Of a DNA stretch of 64,000 nt, positions 48,884-59,900 are shown one piece after another. The stretch spans positions 248,001-312,000 of IMG/VR virus record IMGVR_UViG_3300030385_002649; one strand, written 5' to 3'. A program made the translations under genes and the position numbers. The notes beneath the pieces were generated by a model, which had not been told where the DNA came from, did not search any database, and was given only the letters and a program-made list of their open reading frames with translations. Within the stretch, counting starts at the first letter, position 1. The number at the start of each line of letters is the position of its first letter.

Positions 48884-49052
48884 AGTAACAATGGGATACG
48901 AAGACGGCACTATCAAGGAACTGAGCGGAGAAGCGGCCCAGGAATGGTTAAAAACAATAAACAACGTTCTGATCCTCCACCAAGTTAGAGGAGGGATGCA
49001 ACTTGATATGCCAGAGTGGGTAGATGTCGTAAAACCGCAGGAAGCTGAATGA
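48870..49052 (+). CDS. hypothetical protein
   Basis: ORF 48831..49052; GTG 48870 with GGAG. Confidence 0.5.
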   Translation: MILSKVTMGYEDGTIKELSGEAAQEWLKTINNVLILHQVRGGMQLDMPEWVDVVKPQEAE

Positions 49053-49079
49053 GCGAAGAAAAAGAAAAGGGCCCGGAAG

Positions 49080-49343
49080 TTGTGTCCTTATTTCAGAGTT
49101 GTCCATGATCGCTGTCGGGCTTTTAGCGTGTCTTCCGTGAAGCCATTGGATCCTAAAAAATTCGCAAAGTTCTCGTTTCCTCTCGTCCGTAAGCCATATA
49201 AAAAATTGATGGCGGAAGATCTCGTCGGCACTCCAGATGATCGCGCTGATTTATTCGATGGCGTTGCTAGACATTTAACCGAGGTCGTGGAGGCCCTAAA
49301 GAATTGCAAATGTCCGAAATGCGTGTCAACCGATGTTATCTAG
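49080..49343 (+). CDS. hypothetical protein, start uncertain
   Basis: TTG start; C-terminal CKCPKC. Confidence 0.4.
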   Translation: MCPYFRVVHDRCRAFSVSSVKPLDPKKFAKFSFPLVRKPYKKLMAEDLVGTPDDRADLFDGVARHLTEVVEALKNCKCPKCVSTDVI

Positions 49344-49620
49344 GCTCATTATTTGTCATCTTATTGATCATGGCGGATTAATTCCTAGCAAGTTCGGATA
49401 TACCGGCGGTACTATCACCATGTCTTTAGGGCCACAGACCTATAACACGACAAAGTTTAAAGAATTCTCAATTTTTTCGTATGGCAAGGCCAGGCTTTGT
49501 ATTGACGCAAGAGACAAGCAAGTGACGCTTTTGAGATCTGGAAAAGTCATAACAACGATCAGCATTTTCAATGAAGATTCTATAGAAGAAATTGTTAAAA
49601 GATTCAAAGAGTTAATATGA
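49333..49620 (+). CDS. hypothetical protein
   Basis: ORF within the operon. Confidence 0.5.
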   Translation: MLSRLIICHLIDHGGLIPSKFGYTGGTITMSLGPQTYNTTKFKEFSIFSYGKARLCIDARDKQVTLLRSGKVITTISIFNEDSIEEIVKRFKELI

Positions 49621-49817
49621 GTGCTAAATTCACATGCCAGTACTGTGATGCTGAAAACATTTCGACATTTCCAATTTGTAAGAAATGCAAAAAACAACAG
49701 AGAGGATTGCCGATTCGAATTCCAAAGGGGTCCACGAAAGAAGAAATAGACCTATACATGAAAGAATACATGAAATTGTCTAATAATGTATCTAAAAAAG
49801 GTCAAAATGACAAATAA
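49617..49817 (+). CDS. small Zn-finger protein
   Basis: CQYC...CKKC. Confidence 0.5.
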   Translation: MSAKFTCQYCDAENISTFPICKKCKKQQRGLPIRIPKGSTKEEIDLYMKEYMKLSNNVSKKGQNDK

Positions 49818-50259
49818 CCACTTCATAAAAGAATTCCGAAAGGCAATAATAGTGAAAACACAAGCAGATAAGGCTCTAGTCCCACAAATCGCTAAAGAAG
49901 ATGGAAGTCTTCGAATGACCGCAAGGGCGTCGAATGTCGCCACATGGTTCATTTACCACTTTCCAGAGCACGCTGGGGAACTAATCAACGTTAAGCTAAT
50001 CCGTAAAGAGATTGTAGAAAATTTGAAGACTCTGGTATTAGACCAAGCTGGCGATTTAAAAGCTCACGGACATGCTTGGGGCAAGGGAAAACAAGGTCTT
50101 GGCCTAGATAGCGAAACGGTCAGCGGCGAGCGTTATGTCGTCATGTCACTGATCAATATGACCCGGTGTTCCAGATATCTTCTAGGTAAAGGTCGTAAAG
50201 TTGGTGCGCTGACGAAGATTCAAAGCTCCGAAGTGATTGACATCATCGTTGCTGATTAA
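49807..50259 (+). CDS. hypothetical protein
   Basis: AAGG RBS; GTATCT upstream. Confidence 0.6.
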   Translation: MTNNHFIKEFRKAIIVKTQADKALVPQIAKEDGSLRMTARASNVATWFIYHFPEHAGELINVKLIRKEIVENLKTLVLDQAGDLKAHGHAWGKGKQGLGLDSETVSGERYVVMSLINMTRCSRYLLGKGRKVGALTKIQSSEVIDIIVAD

Positions 50260-51656
50260 CGGACGATTTTCCAAACTGGCCTAGGGCTAGTATTAATTTT
50301 CTTAAACAGCCGGTTCATCCGGCTGTTGTAGTAGAAATCGCCTCTAAACGTTCTTGGGTCAGGCTCGGTAGTTCTAAATTCAACGAACTGTGCCCCGCCT
50401 AGCTCAAGGTATTGGTGTGGCAAACCACCACCTGATGGGAAACCGTCATGGCGACTAACGATACCAGAAGGTTGGTTTGCGCCTTCTGACAACACAGTCA
50501 CATATTCGATAGATTTCTCAGCACCGTCCTCTTGATGAGTTATCTTTAGGGTGTATTCTTGCGTGGCTGTTGTAGCCAGTATCGGAACGCGAACCTGTAT
50601 CCACACTCCAATGGCATCTGACGGAGCTAGTCTAGTAACAGTCTTTGGTAGACTATCGAATTCGCCAATCGGGATGGCCGCAGGCCGAACCAACCTGTTC
50701 GCAGAAACCGTATCATCATTTAATGTTGGAGCCAATGCGAAACTTGCCACATTTTGTTGATCAACGAACTCTTCAACCGTAAAATCTGTAAGCTCGTCAC
50801 CACAATTTATAACGAAGAACTTGTCGTAGAAGACTTTCTCTTTGAACGGGTTTGGTGTAGATCTAGGTAGCAAGGCTTTCAAGCTGGTGATTTCCTGATT
50901 GCAATTTGTGACTCCCTCGGAGTCGAAGCCAGATAAATCGGGTTTCATGACGCCGATTGTTTCAGAGTCGCTGTTGATCACCACAGCGCCAATTAGAGGT
51001 GAACCGCCAATTTTTTGGATTTTGAAAATATCTGAATACAACAATAGAGTGTCGATGAGATCCATTCCTGCTAAGCGTACTGTTTCGGAGATAAGTTGTC
51101 CTTCTTTGTTTATCCCTTCTATGAAGTATGTCTGAGTTATGTCGTTATTTCCTCTGCTAGCAAATGAGAGCTTGCTCTCAGACGTGAGTCTTCTAGTGAT
51201 GACAGCCGAATTTGGGTCGATTGCCCCTCCTTGAAAATTGGAAATGTCATCATTTTGCACACTAAGAGCGTTTAATAATACAAGTCCTGTGGTAGGCGGT
51301 AGGATTGGTTCGCTAAAAGAACCGCTCAAAATGCTTAAGACGTTTCCGGCAGTCACCGGGATAGCCTTGAAGCTTTCTGACGTGTTGGTAAAACTGAAGG
51401 AATTGCTGTCCGCTAGAGTCCTAGTGAGGTTAGATTGCGCGCTGGAGTCGAGGTCGAATGCGGTTTGTAAGAGAAACGGGATCGATGTTGAAAATGTTGC
51501 ACTAGGAGAATGTTGCCTAATTCTTACTGCGAAATTGGAGTATATCGCACTTTGGGAGTACATTCTAGCGATTGATACAGCATCGCTGAAAATCCCACTA
51601 GGCGACGATTCCCTAGCGAGCATTGGCGCAGCGTTAAATATCGCACTTCCCGACAT
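50256..51656 (-). CDS. putative virion structural protein
   Basis: 466 aa in the - strand structural block. Confidence 0.55.
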   Translation of the reverse strand: MSGSAIFNAAPMLARESSPSGIFSDAVSIARMYSQSAIYSNFAVRIRQHSPSATFSTSIPFLLQTAFDLDSSAQSNLTRTLADSNSFSFTNTSESFKAIPVTAGNVLSILSGSFSEPILPPTTGLVLLNALSVQNDDISNFQGGAIDPNSAVITRRLTSESKLSFASRGNNDITQTYFIEGINKEGQLISETVRLAGMDLIDTLLLYSDIFKIQKIGGSPLIGAVVINSDSETIGVMKPDLSGFDSEGVTNCNQEITSLKALLPRSTPNPFKEKVFYDKFFVINCGDELTDFTVEEFVDQQNVASFALAPTLNDDTVSANRLVRPAAIPIGEFDSLPKTVTRLAPSDAIGVWIQVRVPILATTATQEYTLKITHQEDGAEKSIEYVTVLSEGANQPSGIVSRHDGFPSGGGLPHQYLELGGAQFVEFRTTEPDPRTFRGDFYYNSRMNRLFKKINTSPRPVWKIVR

Positions 51657-51657
51657 T

Positions 51658-53142
51658 TTACCTAATATCTAATATGATGTGGACAGCGTCTCCACTTACG
51701 ACTAGGTCAGTTTCAATATCCCAAACTAAAGTGAATAATGTTGACCCATCATCTCCAGTGACCCCAGTGATTGAATTTCCTCCGCTTATCGCACCGCCCC
51801 CAGTTTGAGACGCAATCGTCATTTGGGTGGTTGGAGTCTCTTGGTCAAGGGAATAATAACCACGGACGGTCTGCGAAGTTACTGTGCCATATATACGGTA
51901 GCTCACTTCATAACCGCCCTCCACAGCTTGCCCAAATTCTATTGCACATTGGTTGCCAGAAGCTTTGTTTATGCGAAGCCCGCCGCCAAACTTGGTTTGC
52001 GGGATAGAGTAAGCAGTAGAAGGTCCTGCAACAGGAGAAACAAGCTCTGTAGTATCGTCAACATAAGTATAAACCGAGTAACCCGTACCTGGGGCGGGCC
52101 CGATAGCAAGGAAAATATAAGCCTCTGGCGTTCCTGGTGTAGTGTCGTTGACAACTACGCAATACCATCTGTCTGAAGCGTCGTTCACTGTCGTACGCGT
52201 GCCAGGTCTATAGGCGGTTGGGATCAGAGGATCGGTGATGTTGGTTACCGTAAACGAGCTGCCACTTGGGGCTAACCGAAACGCTGATGAGCCATAATCA
52301 GTCGATACCGCTCCTAATTCGCCGATTCCGTTGACGAGTGCGATCAAGTTGTTATTGCCTGGGTCTTGGAACAAGCAAACCATCCCGTGTGCGACTTGAG
52401 TGGTGTTGTTCCAAGCCAGACCAGTAGTGATTTGTGTATTAAGGACGAACCCAGATCCTGTGAACTCGTAAAGCGCCCAATCTACGGCCCCAACAAAATC
52501 ATCGTCAGTACAGAGCATCATCAGCCGGTCGTCATGTGCTACTAAATCCATGGGACCACCGTCCGACGTGGTCGCGATGCTAGCCACGTTCAAACTGACG
52601 ATAGAAAGCGCTGTGGGGTCAACTTCAAAACAGAGGTGCCCGTTCGTCATATAACCTTGATAAAGTTTGTTGTTAAACATTACGCCTGGATTTTGGCCAA
52701 AAGATGACGCGCCAACGTTGATTTGGTCCACTGTTTCGGACCAGACGGTCCCGTCATCTGTGTAAATGATACGCGAACTACCGACAACTCGCGCTGCCAA
52801 GAACATTCGCTGTACGGTGCCAGTATTTACAACGTACAACCCGGTGATGCTATTGGCACCGGTCCCGTAGGAATGTATGATAGACCACAGCCCAGTGCCT
52901 CGATTATACTTATGAATCTCTAAACCCGTAGTTACGAGACTGACCGCCATATAAAGCTCGCCGCGATATTCGCAGACTCGGTTACAGATACCCCCCTCGG
53001 TAGTAGCGGGCGTCCCCTCATTAGCGTTATTGCCGACAGCAGCGCCAATCGCGTTGAGCGTGGTACCACCCACCAATTCGTAGACTTGTGCTTGCGCACC
53101 GGTCTTAAAAACGTCTGCAACCAATAGTTCTGGAATCGCCAT
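51658..53142 (-). CDS. putative virion protein, beta-propeller-like
   Basis: T/G-rich, YTDDGTVW Asp-box-like motif; GGAGG RBS. Confidence 0.6.
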   Translation of the reverse strand: MAIPELLVADVFKTGAQAQVYELVGGTTLNAIGAAVGNNANEGTPATTEGGICNRVCEYRGELYMAVSLVTTGLEIHKYNRGTGLWSIIHSYGTGANSITGLYVVNTGTVQRMFLAARVVGSSRIIYTDDGTVWSETVDQINVGASSFGQNPGVMFNNKLYQGYMTNGHLCFEVDPTALSIVSLNVASIATTSDGGPMDLVAHDDRLMMLCTDDDFVGAVDWALYEFTGSGFVLNTQITTGLAWNNTTQVAHGMVCLFQDPGNNNLIALVNGIGELGAVSTDYGSSAFRLAPSGSSFTVTNITDPLIPTAYRPGTRTTVNDASDRWYCVVVNDTTPGTPEAYIFLAIGPAPGTGYSVYTYVDDTTELVSPVAGPSTAYSIPQTKFGGGLRINKASGNQCAIEFGQAVEGGYEVSYRIYGTVTSQTVRGYYSLDQETPTTQMTIASQTGGGAISGGNSITGVTGDDGSTLFTLVWDIETDLVVSGDAVHIILDIR

Positions 53143-53148
53143 GTGTTA

Positions 53149-54144
53149 TTAAACCTCCATCATCAACAATCTAGAAACTTGAATTTTTCTACGCCAGGCT
53201 TCTAATAAGTCGCCCATAGTTTGTTCTAAAGTATGTTTAGGTTCCCACCCAGTTGCCGCAAGGAACTTTGAAGAGTCGCCATATAGAAGAGTTACGTCAG
53301 ATGGGCGCAACCTAGCTTGGTCAACTTTCTTCTCAATGGTTCCCTCGTAAGTTGACATGCCAATAAACAAGTCTAGAAGGTCACCAATACTGATTCTCAT
53401 ACTAGAACAGATATTGTATGGCTCGCCAGGATTGCATTTCTCCATCGCGACCCAATAGGCTTCCGCCACATCTCTAGCGTCGGTATAGTCTCTGACGCTA
53501 TCTAGATTGCCATGATAGATGACGGGGTCTCTCAACCCGGCTTCAATTTCGGCGACTTGTTTACTAAAACTAGACTCTACGAAAGCATCTCCTCGTCTGG
53601 GCCCAGTATGATTGAAAGTCCTCGTGATGACGGAATGGATCCCGTAAGATTCAAAATATTGGTAAGCGAGATTTTCTTGAGCACACTTACTTACCGCATA
53701 AGGAGAAATCGGCCTTAGGTCGTTATCTTCGGTGATTGGAACTTCATGTTCCAAAACCTTTCCAAATTGTTCGCTAGAACAGGCAACTTGAACCTTAGCA
53801 TGCGGCGCAAACTCTTTTAGCGCCTCTAGAATATTGATTTGGGAAGTAACGTTGTTAGTAATCATATCAGAAGGTTGATCCCAACTTGAACGCACAAAAC
53901 TTGTAGCCGCTAGGTGAAAAACCCTGTCTGGTTTTACTTCTCTAACAACTTTGAAAACGTTGATAGCGTCTCTAAGCTCACAATCGTGCAGCTTGATCTT
54001 TTGGCTGATATGGTTGATGTTCGACAGATCCGATCTGTATCTCACCGTACCGTGAACCTCCCAATCTTGGTGGTGTTTCAATATATAATCCGCTAGATGG
54101 GATCCGGTCTGTCCTGTAATTCCTGTAATCAATACTCTCTTCAT
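53149..54144 (-). CDS. gmd: GDP-mannose 4,6-dehydratase / Rmd-like extended SDR
   Basis: ITGITGQTGSHLA, HLAA.SFV..SW, SSE.FG, SPYAVSK, R.FNH.GPRRG, GNLDS.RD. Confidence 0.85.
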   Translation of the reverse strand: MKRVLITGITGQTGSHLADYILKHHQDWEVHGTVRYRSDLSNINHISQKIKLHDCELRDAINVFKVVREVKPDRVFHLAATSFVRSSWDQPSDMITNNVTSQINILEALKEFAPHAKVQVACSSEQFGKVLEHEVPITEDNDLRPISPYAVSKCAQENLAYQYFESYGIHSVITRTFNHTGPRRGDAFVESSFSKQVAEIEAGLRDPVIYHGNLDSVRDYTDARDVAEAYWVAMEKCNPGEPYNICSSMRISIGDLLDLFIGMSTYEGTIEKKVDQARLRPSDVTLLYGDSSKFLAATGWEPKHTLEQTMGDLLEAWRRKIQVSRLLMMEV

Positions 54145-54146
54145 GC

Positions 54147-54458
54147 TTATACCATTCTAGCCGCCGCTCTAAGCAACGCAAACCAATCTTGTGGCGGCCC
54201 ATCAAGTCGATCATGCGCTGGTAAGCGTACGAATAACCTATTTAATCTTCTAGCAAATCCATTAAGCGATAAACTTGTAGGATCAAGGATCTGGATGGAT
54301 CCCATGTTAGAAGAAGGAGATGTTCTGAAAAGTGTAGAACCAGGAATTAGATCAAGCACGTCTAACGGAGTTAGTTTCGTAGGAAGAAGCCTCTGGCCAT
54401 CAGGAACATTGACGAACCCATTGATGACTGACAATTCTCTTTCAATGTTGATACTCAT
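54147..54458 (-). CDS. hypothetical protein
   Basis: GAGGTG RBS. Confidence 0.6.
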   Translation of the reverse strand: MSINIERELSVINGFVNVPDGQRLLPTKLTPLDVLDLIPGSTLFRTSPSSNMGSIQILDPTSLSLNGFARRLNRLFVRLPAHDRLDGPPQDWFALLRAAARMV

Positions 54459-54473
54459 ATATCACCTCAGGTT

Positions 54474-55577
54474 TTATGTTTGATCCATCATGAGAAGGTA
54501 ATTATCAAGGTTAGGATTAGAGGGCAATCTACTATGAATTCTAACGATTCTCCTCGGGTTTAGTTTCTTAGCTCTTTCTAAATCGGCCTTTTTAAGATGA
54601 ATAACAATTGTTTTACCCAACAATTTATAATAATTATATAGAGGCAATGCATTATCCAGACTGATTGGATTGATCCCATTCAAAAGGATGACGTCATAAA
54701 AGGGTTTATTATTAGGAGACAGATTGGGCAAGTTGTACGATGTCAAGTAGTCCCCCAAACTGTTATAGTCGAAGTTCTTCTCAGCATAATGATACTCTCC
54801 ACGATCCACAGAAACCGCTATGGCTCTTCCTGGGTGGGGAGCTAAGTCTAATACGGACAATCCCTTTAGTGGATTCCATTGGTTGAATATTGCTCTATAA
54901 AAGTTCGGGCTTATTATCCTGTTTGTCAGACTTCTTCTCACAATTTTTTCTCTTGTTATTGGTGCTCTGCTTAGAAACATCGGAGATAAAAGTTGCCACA
55001 ATTTCTTAGGGTCGGACCAAACCGCGAGCGTTTCATCATCAGGTTCTGAAAAATTCAAGACGACTCGTCTGCCAGCTGGGTTGGGTTTAGGGTTGTAATG
55101 GAACCTGATAATGGAAGACATAAAAATCGAATAGTCTTCCATTATTATTCGTCTTAAATCTTCCCCAAGTTCTTTTGTTGGGTACTTAATTGAGTTCCAG
55201 CCAGAGTCTAACAACCTCTGGATCATTCGATGTAATGCAATTCGCTTGTCGCAGAATCCAGCTTCCTTCAACGACTTCTTAGTGATGATAAAATGGCTGT
55301 GATAGAGAAGTTCGTCTCTTCCAAACGGATCTGGTTCGAAATGATATTGTGTTTCTATTGGTTTTTTGAAAAAAGGGCCGTTTTTTGGAAGTTCTACAGA
55401 CCTCCATTTGTTGCGAGCCCTATTGTTAAGTACCCAGTGCTCAGTAACGCCGCTAGTTCTAAACGTGACATGAAGATAAGTCGTTTTTCTTTCGACTTTT
55501 GAAATGTCAGGGTGCGCTCGAAGTTTCTCTTCGAGCCTGAGGATACTAATCTTTCTGTTTATCCATCCTGGTACCAT
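54474..55577 (-). CDS. hypothetical protein, possibly a degenerate SAM-methyltransferase fold
   Basis: FYRAIF...SVLDLAPHPGR...FYDVILL. Confidence 0.4.
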   Translation of the reverse strand: MVPGWINRKISILRLEEKLRAHPDISKVERKTTYLHVTFRTSGVTEHWVLNNRARNKWRSVELPKNGPFFKKPIETQYHFEPDPFGRDELLYHSHFIITKKSLKEAGFCDKRIALHRMIQRLLDSGWNSIKYPTKELGEDLRRIIMEDYSIFMSSIIRFHYNPKPNPAGRRVVLNFSEPDDETLAVWSDPKKLWQLLSPMFLSRAPITREKIVRRSLTNRIISPNFYRAIFNQWNPLKGLSVLDLAPHPGRAIAVSVDRGEYHYAEKNFDYNSLGDYLTSYNLPNLSPNNKPFYDVILLNGINPISLDNALPLYNYYKLLGKTIVIHLKKADLERAKKLNPRRIVRIHSRLPSNPNLDNYLLMMDQT

Positions 55578-56244
55578 TATAAAACTTCACCGACTTTATA
55601 GTTAATGGGACTTCGCCGCTTCTATATAACTTGAAGAAACGATCCCTATTCTTGCGCTCATTTTCTTTACTGTTGAGAGATGTAGATTCATGTTTGTCTC
55701 TGATCCTCATTCTAAATTTAGACAACCAATTTAAAATAGTATAAGGAACAACACCAGCCTGTTCCGCGCATCCTTCAAGCGTCAAGCCCATCCCGCCATG
55801 TTCATCCGGTTTCTGATTCGTAGATTCACACCATTCAAGATATTCTTCTCTTGTGGAATAATGATAATAGAGCCAATCCTTAGATCTGCACGGGTCTAAA
55901 ACAAGTTTTCTAGTTTCGATGCCATGCCTTTTTAGATGATCACACACAGAAGCGAAACCGCGATAACCCATTATTTTAGCCAGAGTTCTAATCCCAATGC
56001 CTTTGTCGATATAGTGTTCTCTCAGCCAATCAGCATTATCCCATACTTCTCTTGGGACTTTGGTATATGGTTTCTTCTTCTTGATGAACGGATCGGCCTT
56101 CATGGCTATACCGCATCTCTTTTTCCAAGTTCGGATTAGCCCAGTACTAGCATTAGCAACAATAGCTAATTCTGGGGTTGTTAGGCCCCTGAACTCTTGG
56201 AAGAAGTTGGCCAATGATTTCGGGTCTTCTGGATCGACGATCAT
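55546..56244 (-). CDS. multi-HTH DNA-binding protein
   Basis: three HTH-like segments; WL..HY...G repeated. Confidence 0.6.
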   Translation of the reverse strand: MIVDPEDPKSLANFFQEFRGLTTPELAIVANASTGLIRTWKKRCGIAMKADPFIKKKKPYTKVPREVWDNADWLREHYIDKGIGIRTLAKIMGYRGFASVCDHLKRHGIETRKLVLDPCRSKDWLYYHYSTREEYLEWCESTNQKPDEHGGMGLTLEGCAEQAGVVPYTILNWLSKFRMRIRDKHESTSLNSKENERKNRDRFFKLYRSGEVPLTIKSVKFYNGTRMDKQKD

Positions 56245-56921
56245 TAGTAATATGTAGCCGGAGAATCTTCTGGAGGTAACGATTGGTCTTCTTCCTCAGG
56301 CGGATCAACCGGTGATGTCTCCGGCTGCACGGGAAGCCTCGGAGAAGTACGCGGTGTATCCTTGCGGCGCTCGGCAGCTGCGGCGATTTGCTGCTCTTCC
56401 TCCTCTTGTCCGCGCTCACGGACGGCTCTACTAATCCAATCACTTTTTTGCTCATCAGAAAAAGAAGAGAATTCCTTCCCAGTTTCTGTTTGGGCATATT
56501 CTGCAGCTTTATCCTCATCAACATCTCTAACATCAAGAGAATAAAGTTGCCCTTTAATTCGAGAACCAATGTTTTCGATTCGGTAAGTCCTATACCATTG
56601 CTTGAAAATGTCCGGCAATAAGTTCTTGCCTTTGTGATATCGCGCTTTGATGGTCTTCTCTCTCAGGATTTCTTGAAGATTTTGTTTTAAGGAAGAGATC
56701 TGTTCGGTGTCTAAATTGTTCAACTCGACAGCACACCAATATTTCCTTTTTTCTCCGCTTTTTAATGTGCGATCCCAAGTGCCGAGGTACAAAATCTTAG
56801 GATGCGTCTTGACTCTCCTCCCTTTGCGAAGTTTCTCATAGCTGATGTATTCTTTGTGTCCCCAGCGTGGCATATCGCTTTCGACCAGAATCCTATCCTG
56901 TAATAGAGTGTCCATTTTCAT
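56244..56921 (-). CDS. hypothetical protein, weakly T4 gp2 (DNA end protector)-like
   Basis: P.ILYLG...AV.LN.L...YRTY...NI pattern; LVE motif. Confidence 0.35.
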   Translation of the reverse strand: MKMDTLLQDRILVESDMPRWGHKEYISYEKLRKGRRVKTHPKILYLGTWDRTLKSGEKRKYWCAVELNNLDTEQISSLKQNLQEILREKTIKARYHKGKNLLPDIFKQWYRTYRIENIGSRIKGQLYSLDVRDVDEDKAAEYAQTETGKEFSSFSDEQKSDWISRAVRERGQEEEEQQIAAAAERRKDTPRTSPRLPVQPETSPVDPPEEEDQSLPPEDSPATYY

Positions 56922-56923
56922 TG

Positions 56924-59900
56924 TTAAAAATCATCCAGGTCTATAGCGTATTCTTCGTCGTCGTAGGAGTGATCATCGTCATCCTCCTCGTCAACATCTA
57001 GATCTTCCAAATCTTCCGCGTCGGGCTCTTCCTCGTCATCTTCAAAGTCGAAATCTTCCAAATCTATAGGATCAACCTCAACTACGTCATCCCCGTCGAA
57101 CTCATCAGCTTGGCTTTTCTCGTCTTCATAATCAATAGACGGCTCGACTGTTTGTTCTCCAGTATAAGGATCTACTTCCGACGAGTCGACTTCTTCCGCG
57201 TCCAAATCATCAAAGTCATCATCCAGAGACAACTCGTCGAGAGCCTTTTTAAGATCTAAAATGTCTTCCGGATCTCTGAACGTCGTTTTTCCGATGTCAT
57301 AATTTAAAGAAGCAACTTCTCTAACCTTAGACATGTCGGCGCTAGGCTTCAAGCCAAGTTGTTTCTTGACAACAGAGTGTGGAACTACCATCATATAAAG
57401 GTCGGTGTCGATATAGCGCCTCTTAGTAAGCCATTCATCGTACTGGGCGGCGGCAACGCTATCGTCTGGAGAAAGCACAACAGAGGCGTTATTAATTGGG
57501 ATAGCTACCTTATCCTTCCAAGAAAGATCACCGATGTCGGCCTTGCCATCTTCGATATCAATGTCTCCAAGAAGGGCGAGATCGTAGTTTCTGAAATAAG
57601 TGAGCAGATCCTTCTTCACTTCTTGGATAGCGTCGATGTTTCCTCCAACTTGTCTTACAATATAACCACGCCCACTGTTGATAATCTCTTTAGCACGTTT
57701 TGTGGACATGATGATTTCATAACCGTCACGGTCCAAATGGCTCTTATCGTCGTTTATATCGCTGAAGATTTTTACTATTACCTCGTCGTCCTCATTATAT
57801 TGATCGCTAGAACGTTCAGGCTCTAATTTGTCATTCAAAACCCGGAACAGGCCAGGATAAGTCTTGATCATGTATCGAGCATCATCCAATGACATATCAA
57901 AGTACTGGACTAAGTTATCCTCGCTTGATTTCTCACCGGACAAAACCTTCACCTTGACTGGCTCTTTAACTGTGCCAGCTTTTTTTAGTTTGCTAAGATC
58001 TCCATCTAGGCTAGGGTATTCTTGGCCCATGATCGCAATGTCTGGGCTTAGTAACATAAGATCGTGGCCTAACTTGGCTCCGCTCTTCGAAATATTCTTC
58101 TTGATTTCCTGTCCCTTCAATTTTATACTGAGAGCTTGGAGCAGTTCTCCCGGAGAAATTACTTTTCCCTCTTCGAACGGGTGGGCTACTAAGTCTCCAC
58201 GGTCGACGATTCTCTGAATATTGAGAGCGATCCAAGCTTGAGAAAAGATTTGATAAGTGTTAAGGTCCTGACTTAACTTACTGTTTTTCTTGATATGTGC
58301 AATAAATTCATCATCCATGGGGGTAGCGGATTCTAGGCCCATTACGTTATTACTGTGGAACTCTTCTTCGTGTCTCTTACTATGAAGGAGAGCGATTTCT
58401 TTAAGCTCGGCAAGCTTGAATTTATATTGGCGTGTTCCTTTTTTGTCTTTTAGAAGTTCAAGGTCCTCTGAGGCTGATTTGTGATTAGCTAGGCATTTTG
58501 GACAAGATCCGGCGTTAACCATAATCTTGTAAGTCCCAGGCTGTCCGGGTTTTGGGGTAGCAATAACCTTTCCTGGAATCCTATACATGAGTTTTTCATA
58601 TTTGTCATAGCCAGCGCTAGTGATCTCATCGTACCCGGCGATATTGACCAACAATAAATCGTCGTCCGGAATGAAATAAATGTTGCCGTCATGATCAATC
58701 GGATATGGCTTTACCGGATCCCAAGGAGCAAGAGTGAGATCGAATTTATCCTTGAAATAGAAGTCCAAATCGTCATAGAGTATCTTCCCCATCTGCCCAA
58801 GATGGCCATATACTTCTGATTTGTGGAGACCGTGGAGATGCTTGCCTATCATCCCTACTGGCAATTCTTTATCGCCGTGGTAGCCTGGTCTTCTGTCAAC
58901 CTCGCTTTGTTTCGTTGGCATAAAAGGGTCGATTAAGAAATTGAGACCTTTAATCCCAGTAGGGATCTTGATTACGCTATAGATGTGTCCTGCTGAGCTT
59001 TTGTAGGTCAGGCCGGTTTCAGATGGGTCCTTGTCTAATAAGCCTCCTCTTACAGCTTGACTGACGACGTTTGTCACTTGTTTGAAGATTGCGCTGGCTG
59101 GCGGGAAAAGCGGCTTGTCTTCAGAAGACCACGGATGCTTCTCTTGATCGTCTTTGCCGAACTTTACTGGCTTCTCTAACCCTATCTTGTCGCCCCGTTC
59201 GTCGAACTCGCCTGGAATGTAATCCATAGCGGTGTCCATGTTGAGGACAGCTTCGACATAATAAACGTAAAATTTGCCAAAGTTCACTTTTCCTGGAAGC
59301 TCAAGGTCTCTGTGTTGACGGTGAGGAGGAGCACCAGTGAACACCTTTGTATAAGCGTTTCTTGGGATTTTGAAAGTAAGGTTGTCATAGACTGATTCGG
59401 CGCTCTTAGGTCCGAGGATCAGTTCTTTAATCGAATAGCCGCCGAGTGCGGTATTTGGAGTGTCGTCTAAGCCAAGTCTTTCAATGACCGCTTCAGCGAT
59501 ATCCGCCTTATATTGGTTTAGGACGATATAGACCACTTCATTATACTGGTACTGCAGCCATTCTGGGGTGCCTTCAGCGCCCTGCCCTTGCCTACCGAAG
59601 CTCATTCTATTTCGTTTAGCAGACTTTCCGACAGGTCGGTCGATAAACGGGGGACGCACTGGGTCTCCGCACACCCAACCAATTTCACCCGAGTTTACTC
59701 TGCTTCTTACGGTTTTCTTAGCTGCAAAGCCTCCTGGAGAGTTTGGATCTCCAGTTCCGCCGATTTTCTTATGGCGAGCTAAACACCAAGGGCACTCGTC
59801 GATCTCGTCTGAGTTAGGGCCATGGCGTTGCCAGACTTTTCCCTTATGAGGAGGCCAAAAGCCAGCTTCAGAGCTATATCCGGATTTCCGCCATTCGTTG

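Noticed and set aside
49049-49110. Programmed frameshift or TGA read-through linking ORFs around 49050
   Set aside because: Both are formally possible (19-codon ORF at 49049; 48870 and 49080 share a frame), but there is no recoding signal or homology support.
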